In this document: in pieces, positions 20,131 to 29,667 of the stretch
Numbering within the stretch: the first letter of the stretch is position 1
Layout of the letters: every line of letters begins with the position of its first letter
Assembly: GCA_016432485.1 (NCBI GenBank)
Contig: CP066691.1
Span: 11,348-75,347 of the forward strand
DNA length: 64,000 nt
Direction: 5' to 3'
Source: Candidatus Niyogibacteria bacterium
Lineage (GTDB): Bacteria > Patescibacteriota > Minisyncoccia > HO2-45-28
Made by a program: the position numbers and the translations under genes
The notes under the pieces: model-generated
Told to the model about the DNA's origin: nothing
Database searches by the model: none
What the model saw: the letters and a program-made list of their open reading frames with translations, nothing else

Positions 20131-20583
20131 ATGAAGTTAATGGACTTGAAGCCCGCGGAAATACGCTCTTATTTGGAGATGTTGCTTAAATGGAGGAATG
20201 ACCCGGATACGAGGCGGCAATCCAGAAGAACTCAGGTTTTTAAAAAAGGGGATTACGAAAGAGAGCTTTTGGGAAGAGTTGCCCAAAATGGGATTATTTA
20301 TCTCGCTTTGGAAAATAAAAAACCGGTTGGGGTTTTGATGGTTGATAAATTTTCTGAAGGCGAAGGTCTTGAGTTTTCGTGGACCGTCGCGCCCCAAGAA
20401 CGCGGAAAGGGATTCGGCAAAAAAATGCTCGCTCTGGCCGTTAAAGACCCAAGGTTCGCGGGTGAAAGACTGGTGGCGGTAATAAAAAACAGGAACTATG
20501 CTTCAATAAAAATGGTGCATGGCCTCGGTTTTGTAAAATTTTCGAAAAAAGGAGGAATGTCTTTTTGGGAAAGAAATAATTGA
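20131..20583 (+). CDS. GNAT N-acetyltransferase (PseH-like); ATG at 20131 preferred over the track start
   Basis: LLKWRND..R, RGKGFGKK acetyl-CoA motif, NYASIK...GF. Confidence 0.7.
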   Translation: MKLMDLKPAEIRSYLEMLLKWRNDPDTRRQSRRTQVFKKGDYERELLGRVAQNGIIYLALENKKPVGVLMVDKFSEGEGLEFSWTVAPQERGKGFGKKMLALAVKDPRFAGERLVAVIKNRNYASIKMVHGLGFVKFSKKGGMSFWERNN

Positions 20584-20621
20584 GCCCCGCCTCGGCGCGG
20601 GCCTTTCTTTTCCTATCCGAA

Positions 20622-20654
20622 TCCGAACTCGGTTCGGACCGAACTCGGTTCGGA
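20622..20654. repeat. Tandem palindromic unit CCGAACTCGGTTCGGA x2 (REP-like family A)
   Basis: Same unit occurs at 23030-23070 and 23211-23247. Confidence 0.85.
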
Positions 20655-20774
20655 TTTGTGCGGGAAAACAATTGCCCCGAGTTTTTGCTGCGGAGTGTCC
20701 GGAATGCGCGCTTCTTAACCATCATTTGACACAATGTATTTTTAAGCGTAGTTTGATGGTTATTCAACGTAAAT

Positions 20775-21890
20775 ATGTCGGAAATTTTTAAAATTGGCAA
20801 TAAGTCGGTTGGAGGCGGACAGCCGGTTTTTTTGGTGGCCGAAATTTCCGCGAACCACCATCAAAAATATGAAGAAGCGGTTAAGCTGGTGAGGGCGGCG
20901 CGCGAGGCCGGGGCTGACGCCGTAAAACTTCAGACCTACACTCCCGACACCATAACTTTGAATTCCGACAAAGAGTGGTTTAGGGTGGGCGGGGAAAATA
21001 ACCCCGATGATTGGCAGAAAAAGACCCTTTACCAGCTTTACCAGGCCGCCTATACCCCCTGGGAATGGCAGCCAAAGCTGAAAAAACTCGCGGATGACCT
21101 GGACATTATTCTTTTTTCAACGCCTTTTGATGAAAGCGCGGTTGATTTTCTGGAGTCTATTGAAGTTCCTTGCTATAAAATTGCTTCGTATGAAGTTAAC
21201 GATTTTTTGCTTTTGCGCCGCGTTGCCCGCACCGGAAAGCCGGTTATAATTTCCTTGGGTTATGCTTCAGCAAAGGACGCCGACTTCGCTATAAAAACTT
21301 TGCGCGAAAACGGAGCCAAGGACATAGCCGCGCTTCATTGCGTAACGCAATACGAAACAGAGCCGGATTTTTCCGGCATGAATTTGGCGACGATTAAAAA
21401 TATTGCCGAACGGTTTGACGTTGTGTCCGGATTTTCCGATAATAACGCGGGTATTGAAGCGCCGTTGATTGCGGCCGCCGCGGGCGCCAAGATTATTGAA
21501 AAGCATGTTATTTTGGATAGAAAAAGCGGAGGTTCGGATGCCGGATTTTCTCTGGAACCGCAGGAATTTAAATTGATGGCTGAAAAAATAAGGGCAGGCG
21601 ACAGTATTGCCGATGGTGAAAAAACAAAAATCGCTTTGGGCGGCGTTCATTACGGACCGGCCAGCGCCGCCGAAGAACACAATAAACGTTTCCGCCGTTC
21701 GCTCTTCGTTTGCAAAAACATTAAAAGAGGCGAGAAATTTAGTCCCGAAAATATTCGTTCTGTTCGTCCGGCATTCGGCTTGCCCACCAAGCATTTTGAC
21801 GAAATAATCGGCAGAGCCGCGACCGCGGATATTGAATTCGGCACGCCTCTGAAAAAAGAACACATAAAGGGCCGCCTTGATTTAAATTGA
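20775..21890 (+). CDS. pseI: Pseudaminic acid synthase (NeuB family with SAF domain)
   Basis: AEISANH, KLQTYTPDTIT, YTPWEW, KIASYE, IEKH, RRSLF, RPAFGL. Confidence 0.88.
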   Translation: MSEIFKIGNKSVGGGQPVFLVAEISANHHQKYEEAVKLVRAAREAGADAVKLQTYTPDTITLNSDKEWFRVGGENNPDDWQKKTLYQLYQAAYTPWEWQPKLKKLADDLDIILFSTPFDESAVDFLESIEVPCYKIASYEVNDFLLLRRVARTGKPVIISLGYASAKDADFAIKTLRENGAKDIAALHCVTQYETEPDFSGMNLATIKNIAERFDVVSGFSDNNAGIEAPLIAAAAGAKIIEKHVILDRKSGGSDAGFSLEPQEFKLMAEKIRAGDSIADGEKTKIALGGVHYGPASAAEEHNKRFRRSLFVCKNIKRGEKFSPENIRSVRPAFGLPTKHFDEIIGRAATADIEFGTPLKKEHIKGRLDLN

Positions 21891-21913
21891 TATAGCCTGC
21901 TATATTAAAATTT

Positions 21914-24154
21914 ATGAACTTAATCAAATATCTGGGTTGGGCGATAATCGTCGGTCTTTTCGCGATTGTCCTCATAACCCCCTTCTTCGTTTCGGAATCA
22001 ATGTTTTTTCCGTTTATTACGGGCAAAAATTTTTTATTCCGTATAATCGTTGAAATAATTTTCGCTCTCTGGATTATATTGGCTATGGCCGACAGCCGGT
22101 ATCGGCCAAAGGCCTCGCCCATATTGTGGGCAGCGTGCTCTGTTGTCGGGGTTTTAATCCTTTCCACGATTTTTGGCGTAAACCCTTATCGCAGTTTTTG
22201 GTCTAACTTCGAAAGAATGGAGGGCTTAATATCGCATCTGCATCTACTCGCCTATTTTTTGGTTTTGATAAGCATGTTTAAGTCGTCCATTCAGTGGCGC
22301 AGATTTTTTTATGCTATCTCGGCTTCCGGAGCGGCTATGGCTTTATACGGATATTTTCAGGCGCTCGGTATTTTGACAATCTCCGTTCAAAGCGGTCCGC
22401 GCGCGGACGGCTCGTTCGGCAACGCGAGTTATATGGCCATTTTCATCCTTTTAAACGTCTTTTTCGCTTCTTACTTGTTTTTTACCGAAGAGCGCAAGTG
22501 GCTGAAAAACATATTCGCGGGATTAGTCGTTTTTGAAATTCCCGTTGTGTTTTTGACGGCAACTCGAGGCGCGATTCTGGGGCTTATCGGCGGTTTTTTT
22601 CTTCTCGCCCTGCTTCTCGCCTTTTTTTCAAAAGACAAGCGCTTTCGCTGGGCTTCGATCGGCGTGATAGGAGGCGTTATTCTTTTGGTTCTGATTTTTC
22701 TTTCGGTAAAAAATACCGATTTTGTCAGGAATAACTATGTTTTCCAGCGTTTCGGCGACCTTAGTTTTGCGGAGCGAACGATCCAGTCGCGTTTTATTAT
22801 TTGGAAAATGTCATTTGAGGGGTTTAAGGAAAGGCCAATTTTTGGATGGGGAATTGAAAATTTCGGTCAGGTTTTTAACAAATATTATGAGCCTGCTTTA
22901 TGGCTCCAGGAGCCGTGGTTTGACCGGGCGCATAATGTTATTTTTGACTGGCTTGTGAGTTCCGGCATCATCGGACTTTTGGCATACTTATCGCTTTTTG
23001 GTTCGGCCATATATATTATTTGGAAAAAATCCGAACTCGGTTCGGAATTGGATTCCGAACCGAGTTCGGAATCGGAATCTGCAAAATTGATAACGGCAGT
23101 AGTTTTTACCTCGCTTCTTGCCGCTTACTTTTTTAACAACTTTTTTATTTTTGACAACCTAACATCTTATATTCTATTTTTTTCCGTTCTAGCCTTTATC
23201 CACTTTTATACGAACTCGGTTCGGAATCCAATTCCGAACCGAGTTCGGACTTGGACATCGGGGCCACTTCATTCGTTTCTTGTGGCATTTATTATTTTGG
23301 GGCTTATTTTTTCACTCTATTTCTTAAATATAAAACCGATATTGGCCAATACTTGGCTTTTGCAGGCGCTAAAGGACACTAATTTTCAAGGACAAAATAT
23401 TGATTTGGTCTTATCCGATTTTGAAAATGTCTTTAATTTACGGACATTTGGAACAGGGGAGGCGAGAGAGCAGTTAAGCACCTATGCTAATGCTGTTTTC
23501 GGTTCCGTTTTGCCCCAAAAGTTAAAGGACAAAGTCACACAAGTGTCTATTAATGAGCTTGAACGTCAGACTAGGGATAATCCTGAAGATCCTCGCGGTT
23601 ATCTTTTTCTGTCCTCTATGTATACCAATGCCGGACGCCACGAGGACGCCCTGCGCGCGGTTGAGCGTGCCCTTGAGCTTTCTCCAAATAAACAGCAAAT
23701 TCTTTTCCTTTTAGCGGAAACTCACCTTAATCTGGGCGGCGTTAAAAGGGCCTATGATTTGGTAAAAATTGCTTATGAATCGGCCCCGGAATATCAAAAA
23801 GCAGTCCAAAATTTTGCCACTATGTCCATTATTAATGGTTTGTCCGATGAAGCTGAAAAGGCTCTGATAAAATTTTTTGGGACTGCTCTGGTGGCAGATC
23901 AGCAGTTGGTTAATGCCTACGCGCGGGTTGGAAATTACGAACGGGTACGCGATATTTGGTTGGAATTCATTAGGAAGGACCCGCAAAACGTCCAATATCA
24001 TATTAATCTTGCTGCCACCTATATGGAGCTTGGCGAGCGTCGGGAGGCCATAAATGAAATTGAAAAAGCCATTGAACTAAATCCTCAATTTAAAGATCAG
24101 GGCAGAGCGCTGATAAATGAGATAAATGCCGGCAGGAATCCTGTGAGCAGGTAA
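21914..24154 (+). CDS. O-antigen ligase-like membrane protein with C-terminal TPR repeats
   Basis: TATRGA, ERPIFGWG.ENF, FDRAHN; TPR-like helices at C-terminus. Confidence 0.8.
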   Translation: MNLIKYLGWAIIVGLFAIVLITPFFVSESMFFPFITGKNFLFRIIVEIIFALWIILAMADSRYRPKASPILWAACSVVGVLILSTIFGVNPYRSFWSNFERMEGLISHLHLLAYFLVLISMFKSSIQWRRFFYAISASGAAMALYGYFQALGILTISVQSGPRADGSFGNASYMAIFILLNVFFASYLFFTEERKWLKNIFAGLVVFEIPVVFLTATRGAILGLIGGFFLLALLLAFFSKDKRFRWASIGVIGGVILLVLIFLSVKNTDFVRNNYVFQRFGDLSFAERTIQSRFIIWKMSFEGFKERPIFGWGIENFGQVFNKYYEPALWLQEPWFDRAHNVIFDWLVSSGIIGLLAYLSLFGSAIYIIWKKSELGSELDSEPSSESESAKLITAVVFTSLLAAYFFNNFFIFDNLTSYILFFSVLAFIHFYTNSVRNPIPNRVRTWTSGPLHSFLVAFIILGLIFSLYFLNIKPILANTWLLQALKDTNFQGQNIDLVLSDFENVFNLRTFGTGEAREQLSTYANAVFGSVLPQKLKDKVTQVSINELERQTRDNPEDPRGYLFLSSMYTNAGRHEDALRAVERALELSPNKQQILFLLAETHLNLGGVKRAYDLVKIAYESAPEYQKAVQNFATMSIINGLSDEAEKALIKFFGTALVADQQLVNAYARVGNYERVRDIWLEFIRKDPQNVQYHINLAATYMELGERREAINEIEKAIELNPQFKDQGRALINEINAGRNPVSR
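23030..23070. repeat. Perfect 19-bp inverted repeat (family A) in-frame within the ligase CDS
   Basis: tccgaactcggttcggaat-tgg-attccgaaccgagttcgga, translated SELGSELDSEPSSE. Confidence 0.9.
23211..23247. repeat. Second family A inverted repeat, opposite orientation, in-frame within the ligase CDS
   Basis: cgaactcggttcggaat-cca-attccgaaccgagttcg, translated NSVRNPIPNRVR. Confidence 0.9.
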
Positions 24155-24328
24155 AAAAATTTTACCTCGGATACTTATCCACAGGTCGCCTACTTGCGGC
24201 CTTTTTTCTTTAATAAGATACTAAATACAAGGGCATTTTATATGTCCTGAAATGGTCTGAATTTTAATAATTTTTTATTATTAATTATTAAATAGTTTAA
24301 TTACTAATTAATCTAAAAGCATAAAAAT

Positions 24329-25816
24329 ATGCGTAATGTCTTAAGTTTTTTTGATACTCGTCGAATCAGCGGCATAATTGCCGCGACAGTTTTGTCGCTT
24401 TTAATGGTGGCCCTCATTACATACGGTGCGACCACAATAAGCACGAATATAGATACTGCAGGAACATTGAATGTTAGCGGCGCAACTACGCTTAACGGCG
24501 CGGCTACTTTGGGCGATGCGATTGGTGACAATGTTACAATAACCGGCAATGCCACCACATCGAATTCATTGTATGTGACCGGCGGATTTGTTGTTGATGG
24601 TTATGCGACTACAACAGCGAACAACGGAAATTTCGAGACTGCGGGCACGCTTACCGTAACCGGCGCCTCAAACTTGAACGGCGCGGTAACTTTGGGTGAT
24701 GCGATTGGTGACAATGTTACAATAACCGGCAATGCCACCACATCGAATTCATTGTATGTGACCGGCGGATTTGTTGTTGATGGTTATGCGACTACAACAG
24801 CGGGCAGTGGAAATTTCGCGACCGAAGGCTCGCTTTTGGTTACCGATCTTTCTACTTTGACCGGCGGTTTTATTTCCTCCGCTTCCTCTACGGTAAATTC
24901 TCGCTTGAATGTGCAAGGTCCGCTTTCAGCTTCCAGCTCATTGATAGTGGCCGGCACGGCAACTTTTGATGGTAATGTTACGGTAACAGGCACTTTCTCG
25001 CCTTCGCAGACGTCAGCAACTAACTTTACTGTTAACGCTTCCACCTCCTTAAACAGAGTACAGGTAGCAGGAAATTTTTCAGCTTCTTCCACAGCTGACA
25101 TATTGGGGGAGGCAAATTTTCAGGGCGGATTTATTGGTAACTCTTCCTCCTCTGTAAATAGGTTGCAGGTTGCCGGGTACCTTTCAGCTTCCAGCTCATT
25201 ATTGGTGGCCGGAGCAACTACGCTTGATGGCGCGGTTACTTTGGGAAATGCCGAGGCAGACAACATTGCGGTCTCAGGCACAATCACCGGATTTTTCTCT
25301 AACGCTTCTTCATCCGTTCATTCCAACTTTAACGTAAATGGCCCGCTTTCCGCTTCCAGCTCATTGATAGTGGCCGGAGCAAGTACGCTTGATGGTAATG
25401 TCACTTTGGGCAATGCCGCGGCGGACGTCATTACAATTACTGGCAACGCCTCCACGACCAACTCATTGACGGTTGGGGCCACGGCAAGCACGACTAAATT
25501 AATTGTCGGTGGCAATGATATAAACGGCACATTTGCCGGAATGGTCTTTGGGACCTGCAACTTGACATCCGCAGCTCTTGCTGCCTCAACGACCAAGAAC
25601 TTTGCCTGCACGAGCGCCACAGGAGTGCGCTCTAGCGATACACTATTCGTTAACGCGACTTCCAGTTTGGTTTCCGGCCGTTTTGACGATCAAATCTTCA
25701 TTCGCGCAGCGTCTTCGTCAATTCTCAACCAGATAAATGTGGATATTACCAATACAGGAATAACCTCGGGTTCTCAAACAATATCAGGCACTTTGCAATT
25801 CTGGGCAGTGCGATAA
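24329..25816 (+). CDS. Membrane-anchored or secreted Thr/Ser/Gly-rich repetitive surface (fibre-like) protein
   Basis: N-terminal hydrophobic segment; repeated TLGDA.GD.VTITGNATT and SASSSL.VAG units. Confidence 0.7.
   Translation: MRNVLSFFDTRRISGIIAATVLSLLMVALITYGATTISTNIDTAGTLNVSGATTLNGAATLGDAIGDNVTITGNATTSNSLYVTGGFVVDGYATTTANNGNFETAGTLTVTGASNLNGAVTLGDAIGDNVTITGNATTSNSLYVTGGFVVDGYATTTAGSGNFATEGSLLVTDLSTLTGGFISSASSTVNSRLNVQGPLSASSSLIVAGTATFDGNVTVTGTFSPSQTSATNFTVNASTSLNRVQVAGNFSASSTADILGEANFQGGFIGNSSSSVNRLQVAGYLSASSSLLVAGATTLDGAVTLGNAEADNIAVSGTITGFFSNASSSVHSNFNVNGPLSASSSLIVAGASTLDGNVTLGNAAADVITITGNASTTNSLTVGATASTTKLIVGGNDINGTFAGMVFGTCNLTSAALAASTTKNFACTSATGVRSSDTLFVNATSSLVSGRFDDQIFIRAASSSILNQINVDITNTGITSGSQTISGTLQFWAVR
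24507..24802 (+). repeat. Near-identical intragenic direct repeat, 183-nt (61 aa) period
   Basis: About 113 nt at 24507 and 24690 are almost identical. Confidence 0.85.
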
Positions 25817-25849
25817 TTTAGAAGTTAATTAAAAACTAAATTATCGCCC

Positions 25850-27244
25850 ATGAAAAAAATCTACATAACGATTTTAACTTCTCTCCTGATTCCTACGGCT
25901 TCATTTGCCGCTCTGGGCGATTTCACTTTTGATTCCAATGTTGACCTAACTCTTAACGGCGTAACCATAGATGTTTCTGGCTCTGGTTTTACGGCTGATA
26001 GAATTGAGGTCAGCGCCAATAGTTTTGACATTGGTATTTCTGCGGGCGGCGGATTTGAGGTTACTTCTTCTGATCGCAGGAAAATAACCGCAACTGTGGT
26101 TGGGTCATTGGAAACAGGATTTTCTTGCACCAGCAGTAATTCCAAAATGACCGTTTCTAACCCCGGTAACGCTCCTTTCGCAACCACTACTCTGTCCGTT
26201 TCTTCTGATACTTGCGCTACGGAAGGAGGCAGTAGCAGCAGTGGCGGTGGTGGCGGCGGCGGCGGAGGTTCTGCGCCGAGCGTTCCCGCGCAAACTCAAG
26301 TCGCAACACCCGCGGTTCCGGCTGTTCCGACCGTAAGTCCGGCAGTGCCGGCAGTTCCTTCGGCCGCGGCTCAGCCGTCAGCGGTGGCAGTTGCGGTGAG
26401 TCCGGCGTTTAATCGCTCATTGACTATTGGTTCAAAGGGTGAAGACGTTAAGCGCCTTCAACAGCTGTTAAACTCCGATTCTGACACCGTAATTGCGGCG
26501 TCAGGTGTTGGTTCTCCCGGAAACGAATCGGAATATTTCGGCTCGCTTTCTGAAAAAGCCGTACAAAAATTCCAGGCTAAATATGGCCTAGCCAAGGCAG
26601 GCGATGCCGGATATGGATATGTTGGACCGAAAACAAGGGCGAAACTGGCTGAAGTGTTTGTAAAAAGCGCAGCTGCGGCTCCAGAATTGCCGGTAGTGCC
26701 GGCTGTTCCTTCGCCGGTCGCGGCCGCAGTGAGCCCTGTCTTTAACCGCGCTCTCACGATTGGTTCTAAAGGAGAGGATGTTAAGCGTATCCAGCAATTG
26801 CTTAACTCCGACCCTGACACTATGATTGCTTCATCAGGCGTCGGTTCTGCGGGAAATGAAACAGAATATTTCGGCTCGCTTTCTGAAAAAGCCGTACAAA
26901 AATTCCAAGTTAAATATGATGTAGCCAAAGCAGGCGATGCCGGATATGGATTTGTTGGGCCGAAAACAAGGGCGAAACTGGCTGAAGTGTTCGGAGAGTC
27001 CGCGGCGGTTCCAGCCGCTCCAGCGGCGCCAGCCGTAACGCCAGAAGTAACACCAGCGCCCGCCGTAACTCCCGCTCCAACCCCGGCTCCAGCCGCTCCG
27101 GCGCCAGTCCCATTCTGGCTGCAACTGACTCCCGCTACACCCGGTTCGGCTAATGTTTACACTCCTCCGCCGGCTCCGGAGCCAACAGCGCCTCAATCCG
27201 GAGATGTTCTGCCCTGGATGCAAGGAATGGTGCCCGCCAATTAG
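25850..27244 (+). CDS. Secreted protein with two peptidoglycan-binding domains and Pro/Ala-rich linkers
   Basis: Signal peptide; two copies of L.IGSKGEDVK.LQQLLN...YFG.L.EKAVQKFQ...VGPKTRAKL (333-nt period). Confidence 0.8.
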   Translation: MKKIYITILTSLLIPTASFAALGDFTFDSNVDLTLNGVTIDVSGSGFTADRIEVSANSFDIGISAGGGFEVTSSDRRKITATVVGSLETGFSCTSSNSKMTVSNPGNAPFATTTLSVSSDTCATEGGSSSSGGGGGGGGGSAPSVPAQTQVATPAVPAVPTVSPAVPAVPSAAAQPSAVAVAVSPAFNRSLTIGSKGEDVKRLQQLLNSDSDTVIAASGVGSPGNESEYFGSLSEKAVQKFQAKYGLAKAGDAGYGYVGPKTRAKLAEVFVKSAAAAPELPVVPAVPSPVAAAVSPVFNRALTIGSKGEDVKRIQQLLNSDPDTMIASSGVGSAGNETEYFGSLSEKAVQKFQVKYDVAKAGDAGYGFVGPKTRAKLAEVFGESAAVPAAPAAPAVTPEVTPAPAVTPAPTPAPAAPAPVPFWLQLTPATPGSANVYTPPPAPEPTAPQSGDVLPWMQGMVPAN

Positions 27245-27265
27245 GCGCTGAGTATTCTGACGAAA

Positions 27266-27293
27266 AAACCGCCCCGCAGCTGCGGGGCGGTTT
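27266..27293. terminator. Bidirectional terminator
   Basis: aaaccgccccgcagctgcggggcggttt palindrome between convergent genes. Confidence 0.8.
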
Positions 27294-27299
27294 GGTTTT

Positions 27300-28349
27300 T
27301 TAGCCATTTTTACCGGAGCCGTATTTTTGTATGGTTTCGGCCATAATTTTCACAGCTCGTCCTTTTTCCTGAGGCGCGGGATAGATTTCTTTCTGCCGCT
27401 CAATCATAGCCGTAAAATCTTGGCCAAAGGCCAAGGAGAGTTCGTCGGGGCTGTAGACAGGGAGGATAACGCCGGATTCGCACGGTCTCCACGATCTTTT
27501 AGTGGTTGATTCTTCTAAGCTGTCTAACGCTTCTTTTGAACAGTAACATATGACGGGCACTCGCAGGCAGGCCGCGTTAATGCCGATGGAACTGCCGGGC
27601 GTATCCACCACATAATCCGCGCCGGGGATAATATCCATTGTGGGCATTTTGTCTTTTGGGACAAACAAAGCCCGAAAGATTGGCGAAAGAATTTTTGCGT
27701 AAATCCGCGGGTCGTTTCTGTAGTTTTGATCTCCCGGATGAATACCAATGATAATTGTCCGCAAAGAATAGTTATTTTTTCCGGCGGCAAGAGCGCCATT
27801 CAGGTTTTTTAGCATTGCCAAATTTGGTTCAAGCGCGGTGCCAAGAGAGCATAGAATGACTTTCTCCCCCGTTTGAATCTTGAATAGCGAACGAACCTCA
27901 TATTTTGAAAATCGCGGGGAGAAAAAATATTCCCATGTCGGGTTGCCCGAGGCCACGATTTCGGCGTCGGGGAAAAGTTTTTGCGCCTCTACTTTCTCTT
28001 CTTCTCCGACCGTAAACAGAAACGAAGTTCTTTTTCTCAGAAATTCAGGAATCCATGGCCTGCGGAAAGCATCATAGGTGTCGGCGTAAAAACCGAAAGG
28101 AACATCTTGTTTCAGCGCTTTTTCTGCAATTTCCAGCTCTGTTTGGGCAAGTTTTTCTGGCCCGGACATGCCAATAAGAATCACATCTGCTAGATAAACT
28201 AAGTCGCGGACAGCGTTAGAGGATAAATCTATTTCTTTTCCGCATCCAAGTAGCGAAATAGTTTGAATGCCGCGGGCGGCCAAATGCCGGTTAAGCATAG
28301 CAAACGCGACTGACGGAGCCATTATATTGCCGGCAAGCGTTACATGCAT
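27300..28349 (-). CDS. Hypothetical GT-B-fold protein (UDP-GlcNAc 2-epimerase / glycerophosphotransferase-like)
   Basis: IVASGNP.W, GIHP, ADYVV...SSIGINAA.L.VPVI; own promoter (28402-28430) and AAGGAGG. Confidence 0.45.
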   Translation of the reverse strand: MHVTLAGNIMAPSVAFAMLNRHLAARGIQTISLLGCGKEIDLSSNAVRDLVYLADVILIGMSGPEKLAQTELEIAEKALKQDVPFGFYADTYDAFRRPWIPEFLRKRTSFLFTVGEEEKVEAQKLFPDAEIVASGNPTWEYFFSPRFSKYEVRSLFKIQTGEKVILCSLGTALEPNLAMLKNLNGALAAGKNNYSLRTIIIGIHPGDQNYRNDPRIYAKILSPIFRALFVPKDKMPTMDIIPGADYVVDTPGSSIGINAACLRVPVICYCSKEALDSLEESTTKRSWRPCESGVILPVYSPDELSLAFGQDFTAMIERQKEIYPAPQEKGRAVKIMAETIQKYGSGKNG

Positions 28350-28470
28350 CTGTTTGCCTCCTTAAGGATTGAGGGTTATTTCAACGATTAATTCCTAGAG
28401 CATTTTAAATTAAAAAAATGTTTATGTCAATAAATTTTATAAATTCAATTATTTCTGTTATCATATCCAA

Positions 28471-29667
28471 ATGACCGACGCAGTTTTATACAGAAAATAT
28501 CGTCCGAAAGTTTTTGACGAGGTTATAGGGCAGCCGCATGTGGTTAAAATTCTGAAAAACGCTCTGAAACTTAACCGTATAGCCCACGCTTATCTTTTTT
28601 CAGGACCCAGAGGCACCGGCAAAACCAGCGTTGCCCGTATTCTTGCCCGTGCCGTCAACTGTGCCAATTTAGCCAAAATTTCTGGAGGAAATTTTGATGC
28701 TAAATTGAGCATCCGCCGAAGCCTTGCTGCGCCCTCCTCCGTAGCCTCTGGCGAAGGATGGGGCGAAGGCGGACCACTCGCGCCCTGCAACTCTTGCCAA
28801 ACTTGCGGAGATTTTATGACCGGTAGGACGCTTGATTTGGTTGAGCTAGATGCCGCCTCTAACCGCGGAATTGATGAAATTCGGGCAATTTGCGATGCCG
28901 CGAACTTTTTGCCCGTTTCGGCCAAGCGCAAGGTTTATATAATTGATGAGGTTCATATGCTTACCCCGCCGGCTTTTAACGCCCTTTTAAAAACGTTGGA
29001 AGAGCCGCCTTCTCATGTGGTTTTTATTCTTGCTACAACCGAGCCCGAAAAAGTTCCCGACACCATAAGTTCCCGATGCCAGCATTTGAGATTCGGGCGG
29101 ATGACGGACGAGGTTTTGGCCGGAGCAATTTTAGGCATCGGCGAGAAAGAGGGTTTTGAAGTTGAACCGGAAGCCACTGAAACTCTCGCGCTTTTTGCGG
29201 ACGGTTCGCTAAGAGACGCGCTAAATCTTCTGGGGCAGGTTTCTATATTGGCCGGCATCTTAGAAACCAGACCTTTTGCGGGCGGGCCCGAACGCAAGAG
29301 GGCCGGTTTTAAGCCAAAAATAATCGCCAAAGACGTGCGGGAATTTTTTGGCGCGCCCGCGCAAAGCGTTATGAACGAACTGGTTTCGGCAATTTCGGCA
29401 AAAGACCATGAGCGCGCTTTTAAATGTTTGCGTTTGTCCTTAAATAACGGTTCTGACCCCAAGGTTTTTATAAAAATTCTTACTCACGATTTCAGAAACA
29501 GATTTTTAAATGTTTTAGGCGGAGGAATTGACGACCGTAATTTTTCGGCAGATCGTCTTGAGAAAATCCTTTTAACGCTTCTGGATACCGCAAGCACCCG
29601 TTTTTTCTCTCCTCACCGCGAACTGCCGCTTGAACTTGCCATATCCAGAATAATAAGGGAAGTGTAG
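28471..29667 (+). CDS. dnaX: DNA polymerase III subunit gamma/tau (short form) carrying palindromic insertions
   Basis: LYRKYRP, GPRGTGKTS, ELDAASNRG, IIDEVHML, LLKTLEEPP, SRCQ. Confidence 0.95.
   Translation: MTDAVLYRKYRPKVFDEVIGQPHVVKILKNALKLNRIAHAYLFSGPRGTGKTSVARILARAVNCANLAKISGGNFDAKLSIRRSLAAPSSVASGEGWGEGGPLAPCNSCQTCGDFMTGRTLDLVELDAASNRGIDEIRAICDAANFLPVSAKRKVYIIDEVHMLTPPAFNALLKTLEEPPSHVVFILATTEPEKVPDTISSRCQHLRFGRMTDEVLAGAILGIGEKEGFEVEPEATETLALFADGSLRDALNLLGQVSILAGILETRPFAGGPERKRAGFKPKIIAKDVREFFGAPAQSVMNELVSAISAKDHERAFKCLRLSLNNGSDPKVFIKILTHDFRNRFLNVLGGGIDDRNFSADRLEKILLTLLDTASTRFFSPHRELPLELAISRIIREV

Noticed and set aside
21267-21863. Long antisense and alternate-frame ORFs (also 1125-1583, 12068-12655, 33423-33863, 33502-33978, 58668-59159)
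   Set aside because: Shadows of better-supported genes, with no motifs or expression signals
28666-28773. Intein or intron in dnaX
   Set aside because: Too short, lacks intein splice-junction motifs, and is explained by palindromic DNA repeats
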